A stretch of DNA of 63,171 bases, filler included, from Chiloscyllium plagiosum (lineage: Eukaryota), in the NCBI RefSeq assembly GCF_004010195.1. It is 5 parts of one record of this genome, joined end to end, with 100 filler letters (N's around TTAATTAATTAA, not from the genome) between each part and the next. Parts side by side here need not be neighbours in the genome. Positions count along the whole stretch, not along the records: positions 33,244 to 47,063 come from NC_057710.1; positions 47,164 to 53,357 come from NC_057710.1; 3 more parts are not named here. One strand, given 5' to 3'. Position numbers and translations under genes: made by a program. Of the stretch, positions 38,176-49,825 are shown in pieces (positions within the stretch are counted from its first letter, which is position 1; the number at the start of each line of letters is the position of its first letter). Under the pieces are notes generated by a model that worked only from the letters and a program-made list of their open reading frames with translations, had not been told where the DNA came from and ran no database searches.

Positions 38176-39510
38176 ATTCTGCTCTGCATTCAATCATTGC
38201 TGATAAGTTTCTCAACACTCTTCTCCTGCTTTCTCCCCATAAGCTTTCATCCCTTTGACAATCAAGAACTTACCTATCTCTATCTTAAATATATTCAATG
38301 ACATAGCCTCCATAGATTCACCAGTCTCTGGCTGAAGATGATTCTCCTTACCTTCATTCTAAAAGCTATTCCCTTTGGTTTAAGCCTATGTCCATAGGCC
38401 ATAGTCTCTCTGACTAATGGAAATATCTTCCCAACATCTACTCTGCCTCGGCCATTCAGTATTCTGTAAGTTTCGATTGAGTTGCTCCCTGCATCCCTCA
38501 TCCTTCTAAACTCCATCGAGAATAAACCCAGAGTCTTCATATGTTCCTCATATTTTAAGCTTTTCCTTCCTGAAACCATTCACATTCGTCTGAACATGCT
38601 CCAAGACCAGTACATCCTTCCTGAGATATGGGGCCCCAAAATTGCTCACAAGACTCCAAATGTAGTCTCACCAGAGTCTTACAGAGCCTCAGAAGTACAT
38701 CCCTACTTTTATATTCAAGTCCTATCAAAATAAATGCCATCATTGCATTTGCCTTCCGAACTATAGGCTCAACCTTGAGAAAATCCTGGACTAAAACACC
38801 CAGCTCTCTTGGTATTTCAGATTTCTTAATTTTGTCTCTATTTAGAAAATAGTGCATGACTCTAGTCTTCCTCCCAAACAAAGTGCATGACCTCACGCTT
38901 TCCCATGCTGTACTCCATGTGCCACTTGTTTGCTCACTCTCCTAACCAGTCCAAATCCTTCTGCAGCTCCCCTGCCTCCTCAATACTACCTGTTCCTCTA
39001 TCTATCTTTGTATCATCTATAAACTTAGCCAGAATGCCATCAGTTCTTTCATCTAGATGGTTAGTATATAAAAGTGAAAAGTTGTGGTCCTACCACTGAG
39101 CCTCATAGAATACTACTTGTTACCGGCTGCCATTCTGAGAAAGACCCTGTTATCCCCACTCTCTGCTGTCTGCCAGACAGCCAAGCATCTATCCATGCTA
39201 GCACCTTGCCTCTAACCCTGTAGGCCCTTAGCTTAGCCAGTAGGCTCCAATGTGGCACCTTGTCAAAGGACTTCTTGAAGCCCAGACAGGTAACATGCAT
39301 TGGCTCTCCTTGGTCTAACCTGCTCATTATTTCCTCAAAGAATTCTAGCAGATTTGTCAGGCATGAACTCCCCTTAATGAAACCAGGCTGAGGTGGCCCT
39401 ATTTCACCATACACTTCCAAGTATTCAGACATCTCATTCTTCACAATGGATTCTAGGATCTTACCCATGACCGAGGTTAGGCTAATCGGTCTGTAATTTT
39501 CTATTATATT
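38176..39510 (-). mobile_element. Old CR1 RT to 3' region
   Basis: NYRPISLTSVMGKILES...SCLTNLLEFFEE...FDKVPH; EFRRMRD. Confidence 0.88.
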
Positions 39511-40149
39511 TACCAACTTCCTGTTTGAGGCCTTATCAAGGCTTTTGAAGATCAATGCACCACATCCACGGGTTCTCCTTTGTAATGTCCTCAAAAAACT
39601 CAAACAAATTTGTCAATCACAATTTCACTTTTCTAAACCAAGATTGACCATGTCCAATTTTGCTATTTTTTCCAAAATGTTCAGTGATCACATCCTTTAT
39701 AACATTTTCCCTACTACGAATGTCAAGCTATTTGGTCTGTCGTTAATTTGTTCTCCCTTCTTAAATAGTGGGCTTACATTTGATACTTGCACCAGTTCGC
39801 AGGAGCATTTCCATAACCTATAGAATTATAAAAGATAACCACCAATGCAGCCACTATTTCTATAGTTACCTCCTTCAAAACTCTGGGATGAAGTTTATCA
39901 GATCCTGGAAATTTATCAGTCCTCAATCCAGTTTCAAGTTAGCCAAAATATACAAAGGAATACTGAAAATTCAGCAACTATGTCTTGGAAAGTACCATCT
40001 TACTTTTATAAGGTAAAGTGAAAGATTTTGCTCTAAGTTTTTATCAACTTGTTTTTCAGGAATACCATGTTTTCCCACCTGTTCTTACCAAAAAAATGGC
40101 CTCATTTAGCATTCAAAGCCAATTGTCTTTTAGGTAACACAAAGAATAG

Positions 40150-40412
40150 AATCAAAAACAGAAAGTGCTGGAGAACTTCAGCAGGTCTGACAGCATCTTT
40201 AGGGAGAAAGCAGAGTCAATGATGCAGACCCAGTAGGAGCAAATTACTGCAGATACTGGAGGCTGTACTGAAAACAAAAAAATGCTGGAGATCATAGGCA
40301 ACATTCATAGAGACAAAGCAAGCTAACGACTCTTCATCAAAGCTGCCTGACTGGCTGTGATCTCCAGCATTTTTTGTTTGCAGTGCAGATCCAGTGACCC
40401 TTCTTCATAACT
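40150..40412. mobile_element. Degenerate, nested PLE-derived short elements (family C-like)
   Basis: aaaacagaaagtgctggagaacttcagcaggtctgacagcatc...gtgacccttcttca with an internal palindromic insert (aaaaaatgctggagatca...tgatctccagcattttttgtt). Confidence 0.6.
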
Positions 40413-41438
40413 GAATAGAATAGAATACTAGGTTTAGGACTAAGGCAGGTACGAAACCACAACCTGTGGAATCAGAGTTAATGTTTGGTAGAGAACTTTT
40501 GAATCTGTGTGAGCATTTACATTCCCTGTTTGTCAGAAGGATCAATCATTTAATCCACTTTACCCCATGTTATCCACTTTGATCTTATTACATGCATAAG
40601 AATGAGCTATAGATGTTAATCCTTCAGAACAAATGTGTTAAGTACTGTGATTAAAATCAGGTCTGGTCTACAAGGTAAGCATCTTATTCAGTCAATAGTC
40701 AACAGAAGCTTTTACTATTCATTCTTGCCCTATTGTCTTAAGCTACATTTAGAGTCAAGTTTTAACAGGAAGATTCAATAGATATTTTCACATAATTTAA
40801 ACAAATGGATTAATCGCTAATAGTGAAATTTTTCTCTCTTTAAATACAAAAGTGATTTTATTTCCAATAAGCTCAGTTGTCCCACTAAAAATTAAATGAT
40901 GTTATATACAAATCAATAACAGGGAGCTTTTAAATTTACAAATATGAACAACAATCAAATGGTTAATCAAACACAAGTTACTGTTACCATGTTTCAAAAC
41001 CAAACTATTAAAGTTCTAGTCACATATTATTTATATTATCATACAGACAGTATGGAAATTAAGTTTCTAAAGTAATTGTCACTTTCTTAAAAGGAATTAT
41101 GCAGCTTCACATCCACACTGGGCTGCAAATAATTTAAAACTGTGACTGGTATTTCAGGGAAATTAACTGTAGCTCACTAAGTAAGCCAAAATGAAGTCTG
41201 CTGATCTCCAATTCCAATATGAATGTGTCAAAACAGAATACACACATCTGGGATAAATTTTCCTAGTCATAATCTTCAAACCACTTAGAAAGAGACCATG
41301 TCATTTTCCTTGAGAATAATTTCTTAACATTTCTCCAATAAGGTTTGGGACAAGGAATAATGGATTTCCACTACCTTCTCTCTGAATAAATATTTTAATT
41401 CCCTTTAGTCCTTTCTTCTGAGTACTGTATTTTAAATT

Positions 41439-42310
41439 TGTAGTGATTGAAATGGGGTCAGCCAGGTGGACCTCATAGAATGAGTTCCCTGATTTGGGCT
41501 GTTAATCTGGTCCAATCAGGGGACCCTGGCTGACAGATATAAACAGGTGGGGTTAAAAAGAAGAAAAAAAAATAAACAGGAGTATTCCCCCAGCCATTCG
41601 TATTCCTGGAAAGGCTGGGGGGAGGGACCCCGGACCCCATGACCACCGAGGCGGGCGGGGAGGGGAAGGCCCATAAATCCCCCCCGGTCTCTCTGGGGAA
41701 GAGGCACCGGCCCTTGGAGGTGAGGGACTCTCCAAGAAAAAGAAAAAAAATAAATAAATAAATAAATAAATTTAAAACAAAAAACAAAAGCAGTGTAATA
41801 TCAGGAAAGGGAGATCCTTTACCCTGTAAAAAAAGAAAGAAAAAAAAAGAAAAAAAAAAGAAAAAGAAGAAAAAAAAAATAAACAGGTGGGTAGGGGCGG
41901 GCTGCCTTAGAGTGGTCGGAAGGTGGGAGGGATGGGGGCTTGCTGGGTCTGTATTGTCTGCACTTTGTATGTAACAGTATTGTCTAATGTACAAATGTCA
42001 TTGTCATCGTCTTGCCATAAGTGGAACTGGGATTTGAGGTTTGTCCTCATCTCCCTGTAAAATGGTTGAATGGTAGGGTTTGGGGCCTAGCTTTGTTGCT
42101 CCTCTCCCTTGTAACATTGCTGTCTCTTATGTACAGCTGTAAATGTTTTTTGTAAACTGTTTGTTTGTAATTTGTTTAATAAAATATAAATAAACAGGAG
42201 TGTCAGACGTCCTGTTCACTTGAGACCTGGATCTGAGGGAGATGGATCAATGTCAAGGACTCTACACACTTATATAAAGGATGACTTGGTGACTTTGTGG
42301 AGTTATTTTA
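41439..42310 (+). mobile_element. Probable Gypsy LTR interrupted by an A-rich insertion
   Basis: Starts with TG, has CCAAT and TATAAA motifs, is followed by a degenerate PBS-like stretch and gag-like sequence; insertion bounded by ATAAACAGG repeats. Confidence 0.55.
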
Positions 42311-42629
42311 GCAGCAATGAGAGAAAAGCACATTCCTGAAGAAATTCATTCCCCTCATCTTTGAGTTGGGATAGGAATTTCTGGCATCCTGTTGTTATCT
42401 GGGAATCATGATGTGGAGATGCTGGTATTGGACTGGGATGGACAAAGTTAAAAAATCATACAACACCAGATTATAGTCCAACAGGTTTATTTGGAAGCAT
42501 TAGCTTTTGGAGGGCTGCTCCTTCATCAGGTAGCTGTGGAGCAGGATCATAAGTCACAGAATTTATAGCAAATGATTACCGTGTCATGCAACTGAAATGA
42601 TATATTGAGCAAACCTAGATTGCAGTTAA

Positions 42630-42851
42630 GGTTGAAACTTTATTGCTGGAACAGCACAGCAGGTCAGGCAGCATCCAGGGAACAGGAGATTCGACGTTTC
42701 GGGCACAGGCCCTTCTTCAGGAATGAGCAGAGAGTGTTCAGCAGGAGAAGATAAAAGGTAGGGAGGAGGGACTTGGAGGAGGGGCGTTGGAAATGTGATA
42801 GGTGGAAAGAGGTCAAGGTGAGGGTGATAGGTCGGAGTAGGGTCCTTGAAG
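42630..42851 (-). mobile_element. PLE family A insertion with 14-bp TSD and C/T-rich upstream region
   Basis: TAGATTGCAGTTAA at 42616-42629 and 42852-42865. Confidence 0.9.
42689..42724 (-). ncRNA. Best-preserved minimal type I hammerhead ribozyme
   Basis: AUUC CUGAAGA A GGGC-CUGU-GCCC GAAACGUC GAAU: 4-bp stem I, 4-bp stem II, complete core, GUC triplet. Confidence 0.85.
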
Positions 42852-43068
42852 TAGATTGCAGTTAAACTTTCCATCTTTTAGAATGGGTTGCTTATTTTGG
42901 TTCATTAATATGTAAATCCCAGAACTTCTTTTAGGTCACATTCTTGAGATAATGTGAGGTTTTATAAAAACTAAGGTGACATCTCAGCTCAGACAATGCA
43001 TTAAAGGTGTGAGATTAGAGTCTGTCTGTATCCCAACCTTGCATCAGACTGGTTCTATTTCCACACAG

Positions 43069-44190
43069 GCTGCTTGGGAAGCTTGACTCATTCAATCCTG
43101 CTGTCAAAGACTGGGCCCAGTGTGCAGAAAGTGTGCATTATATTTTCCAGGCAAATGACATTGGGGCAGATGAAAAGCAACAAGTAATTCTGACACCTTG
43201 TGGACCGCAGAGGTTTTGGTTTATTAGGAATCTAACTTTCTCTGAGGCATCAGATTCACTTGCATTTCCTTTAACCGGATTTATTGCATCCGTTGCTCCC
43301 CATGTGGTCTCCTCTACATTGGAGAGACTGAGTGCAACCTTAGGGACTGGTTCAGAGAACATCTATGGTCCGAATGTCCAATCAACTCCACCTCCTGATT
43401 GCCAGCCATTTCCACTCCCCATCCCACTCCCCCAATAACATGCCCATCCTGGGCGCCTCCTCCACTGTCAAAATAAGGCCACACGCAAACCGGGGGAAGA
43501 ATGCCTTCCTTTCTGTCTCAGGAGCTTAAAAGTATTTGGCCTTAACAAAATAATTCATCAGATTTCAAATCTCCTCATTCCCCACCTGACCCCAGGTCCA
43601 GTCCTCCCTCTCCTCCCTGCACTCCCCTTGACCTCACCAAGCCTGTCCATCATCCTTCCCACCTATCTGCTCCAATATTCCCACTGACCAATCACAGCCA
43701 CTTCCTATCTGCATCCACCTATCACCATCCCACCCACATTTTCCCCAGCCCCACCCTCTCCCTGTATTTATGTCTCAGCCCCTTTCCCCTCCCCCAGACC
43801 TGATGAAAGGTTCTGACCTGAAACATCCAAACCCCTGCTTGATCTGGTGTGCTTTTTCCAGCTCCACTCTTTAATCGACCAGATACTAAAACCATTCAAG
43901 AGTTGACAGGATTAGTTACAGAATATAATGCCCCCAAACCTCCTCTCTAATTCGTATCAGAATTTTAACTAGGTTAAGACAACGGGCAGAGATTTGTGAT
44001 TTTGGGTTAACTCTTAATGAGATACTGAAAAAGTGTTTGGAAAGTGGGATTAATGATGTAACCATGCAAAAGCACTTAGTAGCTGAAGTCCAACTGGACT
44101 TCAAACAGGCATCACAATAGGCTATATCATTGGAAAATGGGGCAGGTAGGGTATGAGTTGCAACATGTTCCAATAGAAGTGGACACCCTT
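43069..44190 (+). mobile_element. Decayed Ty3/Gypsy gag N-terminus, split by a Penelope fragment
   Basis: GKLDSFNPAVKDWAQCAESVHYIFQANDIGADEKQQVIL...IRNLTF...|DTKTIQELTGLV..., resembling Gypsy gag N-termini. Confidence 0.7.
43256..43879 (+). mobile_element. Penelope-like element 3' fragment: GIY-YIG endonuclease, C-rich region, hammerhead motif and tail
   Basis: From 43279: IYCIRCSPCGLLYIGETECNLRDWFREHL; after a frameshift ASHFHSPSHSPNNMPILG; CTGATGA-A-AGGT-TCTG-ACCT-GAAACATC at 43800-43827; CAGAT at both flanks. Confidence 0.88.
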
Positions 44191-44219
44191 GCCAGTCTGA
44201 CTGAGCTTGAGGAACATCA

Positions 44220-44463
44220 CTTGGTGTGGAGATGCAGGTGTTGGACTGGAATGGACAAAGTTAAAAATCACACAACACCAGGTTATAGTCCAACAGGTTT
44301 ATTTGAAAGTAGAAGCTTTCAGACCACTGCTCCTTCATCAGGTCACTAGTGGGGCAGGATCATAGGACACAGAATTTATAGTAAAAGATCACAGTGTCAT
44401 ACATACAACTGATGCAATGTATTGAACAAACTTAGATTGCTGTTAAGTCTTAATCTCTTAGAG
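44220..44463 (-). mobile_element. PLE family B element
   Basis: Colinear with 42411-42629; reverse complement cCTGATGAaggagcagtggtctGAAAgcttc. Confidence 0.8.
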
Positions 44464-44479
44464 AGTTTGCCCCGATCAC

Positions 44480-46130
44480 CATTGATTCCAGTTTTGTTAA
44501 TGCTCCATGATGTCACATTTGGTCAAATGTCAAGTGCTATCACTCTCACCTCCCCTCTGGAATTCAGCTCTTTTGTCCATATTTGAACCAAGGATGTAAT
44601 GAGCTCAGGAGCTGAGTTGCCCAAATGGAACCCAAACTGGGTGTCACTGAGCAGGTTGTTGCTGAGCAAGTGAGGGCTTTTGCCCGAAACGTCGATTTCG
44701 AAGCTCCTTGGATGCTGCCTGAACTGCTGTGCTCTTCCAGCACCACGAATCCAGAATCTGAGCAGGTGCTGCTTGATAGCATTGCTGATGACACCTTCCA
44801 TCACTTTACTGATGATCTAGTGTAGACTGATGGGGTGGTAATTGGCTAGGTTGGATTTGGCCTGCTTTTTGTATACAAGACATACCTGGGCAATTTTCCA
44901 CATTATCGGGTAAATGCTACTATTATCACTGTCCTGGAACAGCTTGGCTAGGGTGGCAGCAAATTCTGAAGCACAGGTCTTCAGTCCTAGTGGAATGGTG
45001 TCAGGGTCCATAGCTTTTGCAGAATCCAATGCCTCCAACCTTTTCTGGATAACACGTGGAGTGAATCAAATTGGATGAAGGCTGGTACCTGCAATGCTGG
45101 GGACCACTGGAGGAGGTCAAGATGGATTATCCACTTGGCACTTCTGGCTGAAGATTGCTGCGAATGCTTCAGCGTTATCTTTTGCACTGATGTGCTGGGC
45201 TCTTCCATCAGAGGTAGGGATATTTGTGGAGCTCTTCCTCCAGCATTAATCATCTACTACCATTCACAACTGGATGCGGCAGGACTTAGAGCTTAGATTT
45301 GATCCGTTGTTTGTGAGATTGCTTAGCTCTGTCTATCTTATGCAAATAGTCCTGTTTGGTGGCTTCACCAGGTTGACACCTCATCTTTGGGTATGCCTGG
45401 TGCTGCTCCTGGCATGCCTTTCCTGCACTCTCCATTGAACCATGGTTGATCCCCATGGTTAAGTGGGGGATATGCGAGGCCATGAGGTTACAGATTGTGC
45501 TGGAGTACAATTCTGTTGCTGTTGATGGCCCACAGCACCTCATGTATGCCCAGTCTTGAGTTGCTAGAGCTGTTTAAAGCCTGTCCCAGTTAGCACGGTG
45601 ATAGTGCCACACAACATGATAGAGAGTATTTTCAATGTGAAGGTGGGACTTTGTCTCCACAAGGACTGTGCGGTGATTCTAAGGTCTCTTACTGATAATG
45701 TCATGGACAGATGCATCTGCAGCTGTCAGGTTGCTGAGGATAAGGTCAAATATCTATTTCCCTTTTGTTGGTTCCCCCACCACCTGCTGCAGACACAGTC
45801 TAGCAGCTACGGCCTTTAGAACCCGACCAGTTCGATCAGTAGTACTGCTGTTGAACCACTCTCAGTTGGAGACATTGAAAACCCCCATCCAGAGTACATC
45901 TTGTAGCCTTGCGACTCTCAGTGCTTCCTCCAAGTGTTGTTCAACATGGAGGAGTACCGATTCATCAGCTGAGAGAGGATGTTACATGGTAATCAGCAGG
46001 TCTCCTTGACCATGTTGAGTCAGTAATGCTGAAAACCTACAGGGCAACTCCTTCCCAACTGTACACATACTGTCCCAACACCCCCATAGGTTGTGTCCTG
46101 CCAGTGGGACAGGACTTATCCAAGGATGGT
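44480..46130 (-). mobile_element. L2/CR1-like LINE (second family), endonuclease to RT, decayed
   Basis: Homologous to 640-1270: KSNLANYHPISL, QFGFHLGNSAPELITSLVQIWTKELNSRGEVRVIALDI. Confidence 0.85.
44673..44757 (+). mobile_element. PLE family A insertion with ~11-bp TSD
   Basis: ctgagcaagtg (44662-44672) / ctgagcaggtg (44758-44768); starts at hammerhead stem II. Confidence 0.85.
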
Positions 46131-46509
46131 GGTGGTTGCTTTTCAGAAATCGTAAGGTATGATTTTATGAGTTTGGCTATGTTAGAGTGCTTTTTTGTCA
46201 TATCTGGTCCTTGCATCTGGGGAGGCGATCCGTCCAGTTTTATTTATTTGTTGAAACTTCAATTGATCCAACTGAGTGGCTTGCTAGACCATTTCGGAGG
46301 GCAGTTGAGAGTCAGTCACTTTGCTGTAGCTCAGGGGTCACAAGTATGTCATACCAGGTATGGATAGCAGATATTTGCTCCCTGAAGGACATCAGTAAAC
46401 CAGATCTTTTTCTGACAGTTGACAATGGTTTCATGGTTATCAATAGATTTTTAAATCCAGAATCTTTCTTGTGGACTTTGAACCTGGGTTCTCAGAACAT
46501 TACGTTGAT

Positions 46510-46820
46510 GGCCCTTGATGTCAAGGTCATATTCGACTCAATGTGGAATCAAGGAGCCTGAATAAAACTGGAATCAAAGGGCATCAAGGGAAAAACACCT
46601 CAGCTATTTGGAGTCATACCTGTCACGTAGAAAGATGGCTGTGGTTGGTGGAGGTCAGTTATTTCATCTCCAGGACATCTCTGCAGGAGTTCCTTGGGGT
46701 AATGTCCTCAGCCCAACCATCTTCAGCTGCTTCATTAATGACCCTTCCTCCATCATAAGGTTAGAAGTGGAGATGTTTGTTGGTGATTGAACAATATTCA
46801 GTGCCATTTGTGACTGTTCA
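46510..46820 (+). mobile_element. L2/CR1-like RT fragment
   Basis: ALDVKVIFDSMWNQG...ISAGVPWGNVLSPTIFSCFIND...MFVGD. Confidence 0.8.
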
Positions 46821-46932
46821 GATAGAACAAAAAAAACAAAAGAAAATTATAGCACAGGAACAGGGCACTGATGCAGATCTTCTATCTAAACATGTCACCT
46901 ATTTTCCAAGGATCTGTATCCCTCTGCTACCT

Positions 46933-47063
46933 GGTAAAAACAATGACTGCAGATGCTGGAAACCAGATTCTGGATCAGTGGTGCTGGAAGAGCACAGCAA
47001 TTCAGGCAGCATCCGACGAGCAGCAAAATCGACGTTTCGGGCAAAAGCCCTTCATCAGGAATA
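46933..47063 (-). mobile_element. Young PLE family A element with intact hammerhead core (47027-47062), cut by a gap
   Basis: Reverse complement attcCTGATGAagggcttttgcccGAAACGTCgatt; nearly identical to 19757-19886. Confidence 0.88.
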
Positions 47064-47163
47064 NNNNNNNNNNNNNNNNNNNNNNNNNNNNNNNNNNNNN
47101 NNNNNNNTTAATTAATTAANNNNNNNNNNNNNNNNNNNNNNNNNNNNNNNNNNNNNNNNNNNN

Positions 47164-48240
47164 GTGACCAGGTGTATCTACGCTGCGCTCCATCTGCAGG
47201 GGCGCTGGAGACGTCGTGCAGCTTGGCGTCTTTGACCGTGTCCATCAGGGCTCTGGACGTGGCGTCCAGTTTACTGTCCCCCCCGCCGGATCATCCGTCT
47301 GCATCGATGATACAGTTGAAGTCTCCGGCCAGAATGACCGGCCTGGACGTAGCCAGCAACAGTAGAAGCTGTTGCAGGATGGCCAACCGTTCACTCTTAC
47401 CCACTGGGGCGTACACATTAATCAGTCTCAGGGGAGTGTTTCTGTACATGATGTCGGCGACGAGGAGGCGCCCGCCCACCACCTCCTTAACCTCGGAGAT
47501 GGTGAAGTTGCCTCCCCGTAACAGAATACCCAGGCCCGGGGAGCGGTTATCGTTGCCCCCCGACCACACTGACGGCCCATTGGCCCACAAGCTCGACCAT
47601 CTCCTGTAACTGCTGAGGTCCTGCAGGAACAGGACATCGGCTTTAACGTTGGCCAGGAAGGCCAGTGTTGAAATACATCGCGCAGCAGATTTTATGCTGC
47701 GCACATTAATAGTTGCAATTTTTAACCCCATTTTTAACAGGTTGTAGAGTTACCCATATCCGATTGTCACTGGTCCTGCCCCTCTGGGGTAGCTGTCTGC
47801 ATCCCCGTGCAGTACGCAAACTGCTGGACCCTCGCTGGGCTGAGGTAGCTGTCCAGCTCCCCACTCGGCCCATTTGCGGGGCTGTCAGAGGGTCGCTGCT
47901 CCCAGTGACCTGGAGCTGTGTGGCGGCGGGGCCCTCCTGGCTTTCACCTGGTGGGGGTGGTAGTTTCCCATTTCCTCAGGAGGTTCGTCCCTTGGTTGGC
48001 AGTTGCTGCTCTCCTTTCTCCTTGCAGCGCTCTGCCTCTTCTTTTGGTGATGACCCTCCTTACGTCCGTCCTCACCCTCCGAAGAGCTGTCCGTGTCTTC
48101 CACCTGTAGCTGCCTTTTCCCCTTTTTCTGGGAGGTCTTGGTGACCGGGTGGGTTTTCCTCTTCCTGTTTTTCACCACGGTCCATTCCTCTGCCTCCTTC
48201 TTTCCCTTCTCCGCCTCCTCCTCCTGTCCTACCAAAGCCC
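47164..48240 (-). mobile_element. L1/Tx1-clade LINE: ORF1 C-terminus and ORF2 APE endonuclease
   Basis: ORF2 start at 47731 MGLKIATINVRSIKS...VLFLQ...LINVYAP...ILAGDFNC; the frame continues past one TGA to RYTWS; charged low-complexity ORF1 tail upstream. Confidence 0.88.
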
Positions 48241-49314
48241 AAGCAAATGCTTTATGGACATGGGTTAAAATCTTACCAGGGTAACTGTTGGAATTGCAAC
48301 TCAATTACTAAATTGGAATTGAAAGCCACTTTCGGTGAGAGTGATCATGTCAACAACCACTGATAGCTGTAAAATTCCATTTGACACACAAATGCTCTTT
48401 ATAGGAAATTTGCATTCTTACCTGAAATCTGCATGAGACTTCAGGCCTACTGTTAATTAGGCAATTATGCATGGGCAGCAAATGTTGGTGGTGTGTTATC
48501 GCACCAATCACTTGAATTTTGTGGTTGGGATAGAATGTTGTCACAAATCCTCATTTCTATGCTCCATCCAATAATCTATAGCAGTGCTGGAAGATAATCT
48601 AGTAGTCAGTCTTAATAATAAAAGGCCCTTGTTCAAAATATAGTTCATTGCATGATGGTGTTATGACTCCAGCTGGACAAGTCAGATCCCCAGACTGGTT
48701 TAATAAATCATAGTTGGTTTTGGTTATGATGAGGTGGTTCTCTGAAGTCTAAGCATACAATGTTGCAGCTTTATTATCCACAATAAATCAGAAGTCTGTT
48801 AAACAAAAGAAATGAAGATAAGATAGAATGAATCAGACTATTTTCCATACAAACCTTATTTTGAACCACACAATGAGATATAATATTCCACAAAAAAATA
48901 CTCCTTTACAGACCCCAAAAACCTTCCTCTATGATATTCGAAAGCACCCCTTGTACAGTACCCCGAAAATTCCTTTTTCTAACAACCCGATGGATAACTT
49001 GATAGGTTCATCCTGAAGCTATCATACACCTCATCTTAAACTGTCTCAGCTTCAGGTAATCTCTGCAGGGTTTTATCCAAACACCTCTGGTCTGGGACCA
49101 TCACTAATTCCTTACTCAAAGGTAATCCAGTATTAACAAATGTAACTCTCTTCTCCCTTTCTCAGGATCAACTTTACATATGAAAGTTTCTGTAGAATTG
49201 CCTAAAATTGAAAGTAAAATGAAACTATCTCTGTCTCCAAGTTATGGGAGTTTCCCTCAAACCTTAAGAAGAATATAATTTGTGAGCAGATTGAGCCCTA
49301 TATCAATGAAGAAT

Positions 49315-49825
49315 GTGCTGGCATTGGAAGTGGTATGGATATGAGGTTCATAAGAATGATCTCGAAGATGAAGGACTTGTCATATGGAACAGTTATGGAC
49401 TCTGTGACTGTACTCGATGGAGTTTAGAAGGATTAGGGTGAATCTCGTTAAAACTTACAAAATACTGAGAGGCCTGGATAGAGTGGACATCGAGAAGATG
49501 TTTCTACCAGTAGGAGAGACTAGGACCTGAGGGCACAGCCTCAGAGTGAAGGGATGAACCCTTTAGAACTGAGATGAGGAATTTCTTCAGCCAGAGGGTG
49601 GTGAATCTGTGGAACTCATTGGTGTAGGAGGCTGTGGAGGTCATGTTATTGAGTGAATTTGAGACAGAAATAGATAGATTGTTGATTGGAAAGGGTGTCA
49701 AGGGTTCCAGGGAGAAAGCAGGAAAGTGGGATTAAAACTATATCAGCCATAATCGAATGGTGGAATAGACCTGATGAGCCAAATGACCTAAATCTGCTCT
49801 TACGCCATATGATCTTATAGTCTTA
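49315..49825 (+). mobile_element. Old CR1 3' end
   Basis: gagtttagaagg..., aatttcttcagccagagggtggtgaatctgtggaac, tcttatag tail. Confidence 0.8.

Larger units (their letters stand above)
42411..43068 (-). mobile_element. PLE family B element, host to a family A insertion
   Basis: Homologous to 35644-35805 and 44220-44463; reverse complement CTGATGA-A-GGAG-CAGCC-CTCC-AAAAGCTA near 42500-42531. Confidence 0.8.

Noticed and set aside
41473..41994. 173-aa Phe-rich 'membrane-like' ORF
   Set aside because: Antisense translation of A-rich tracts
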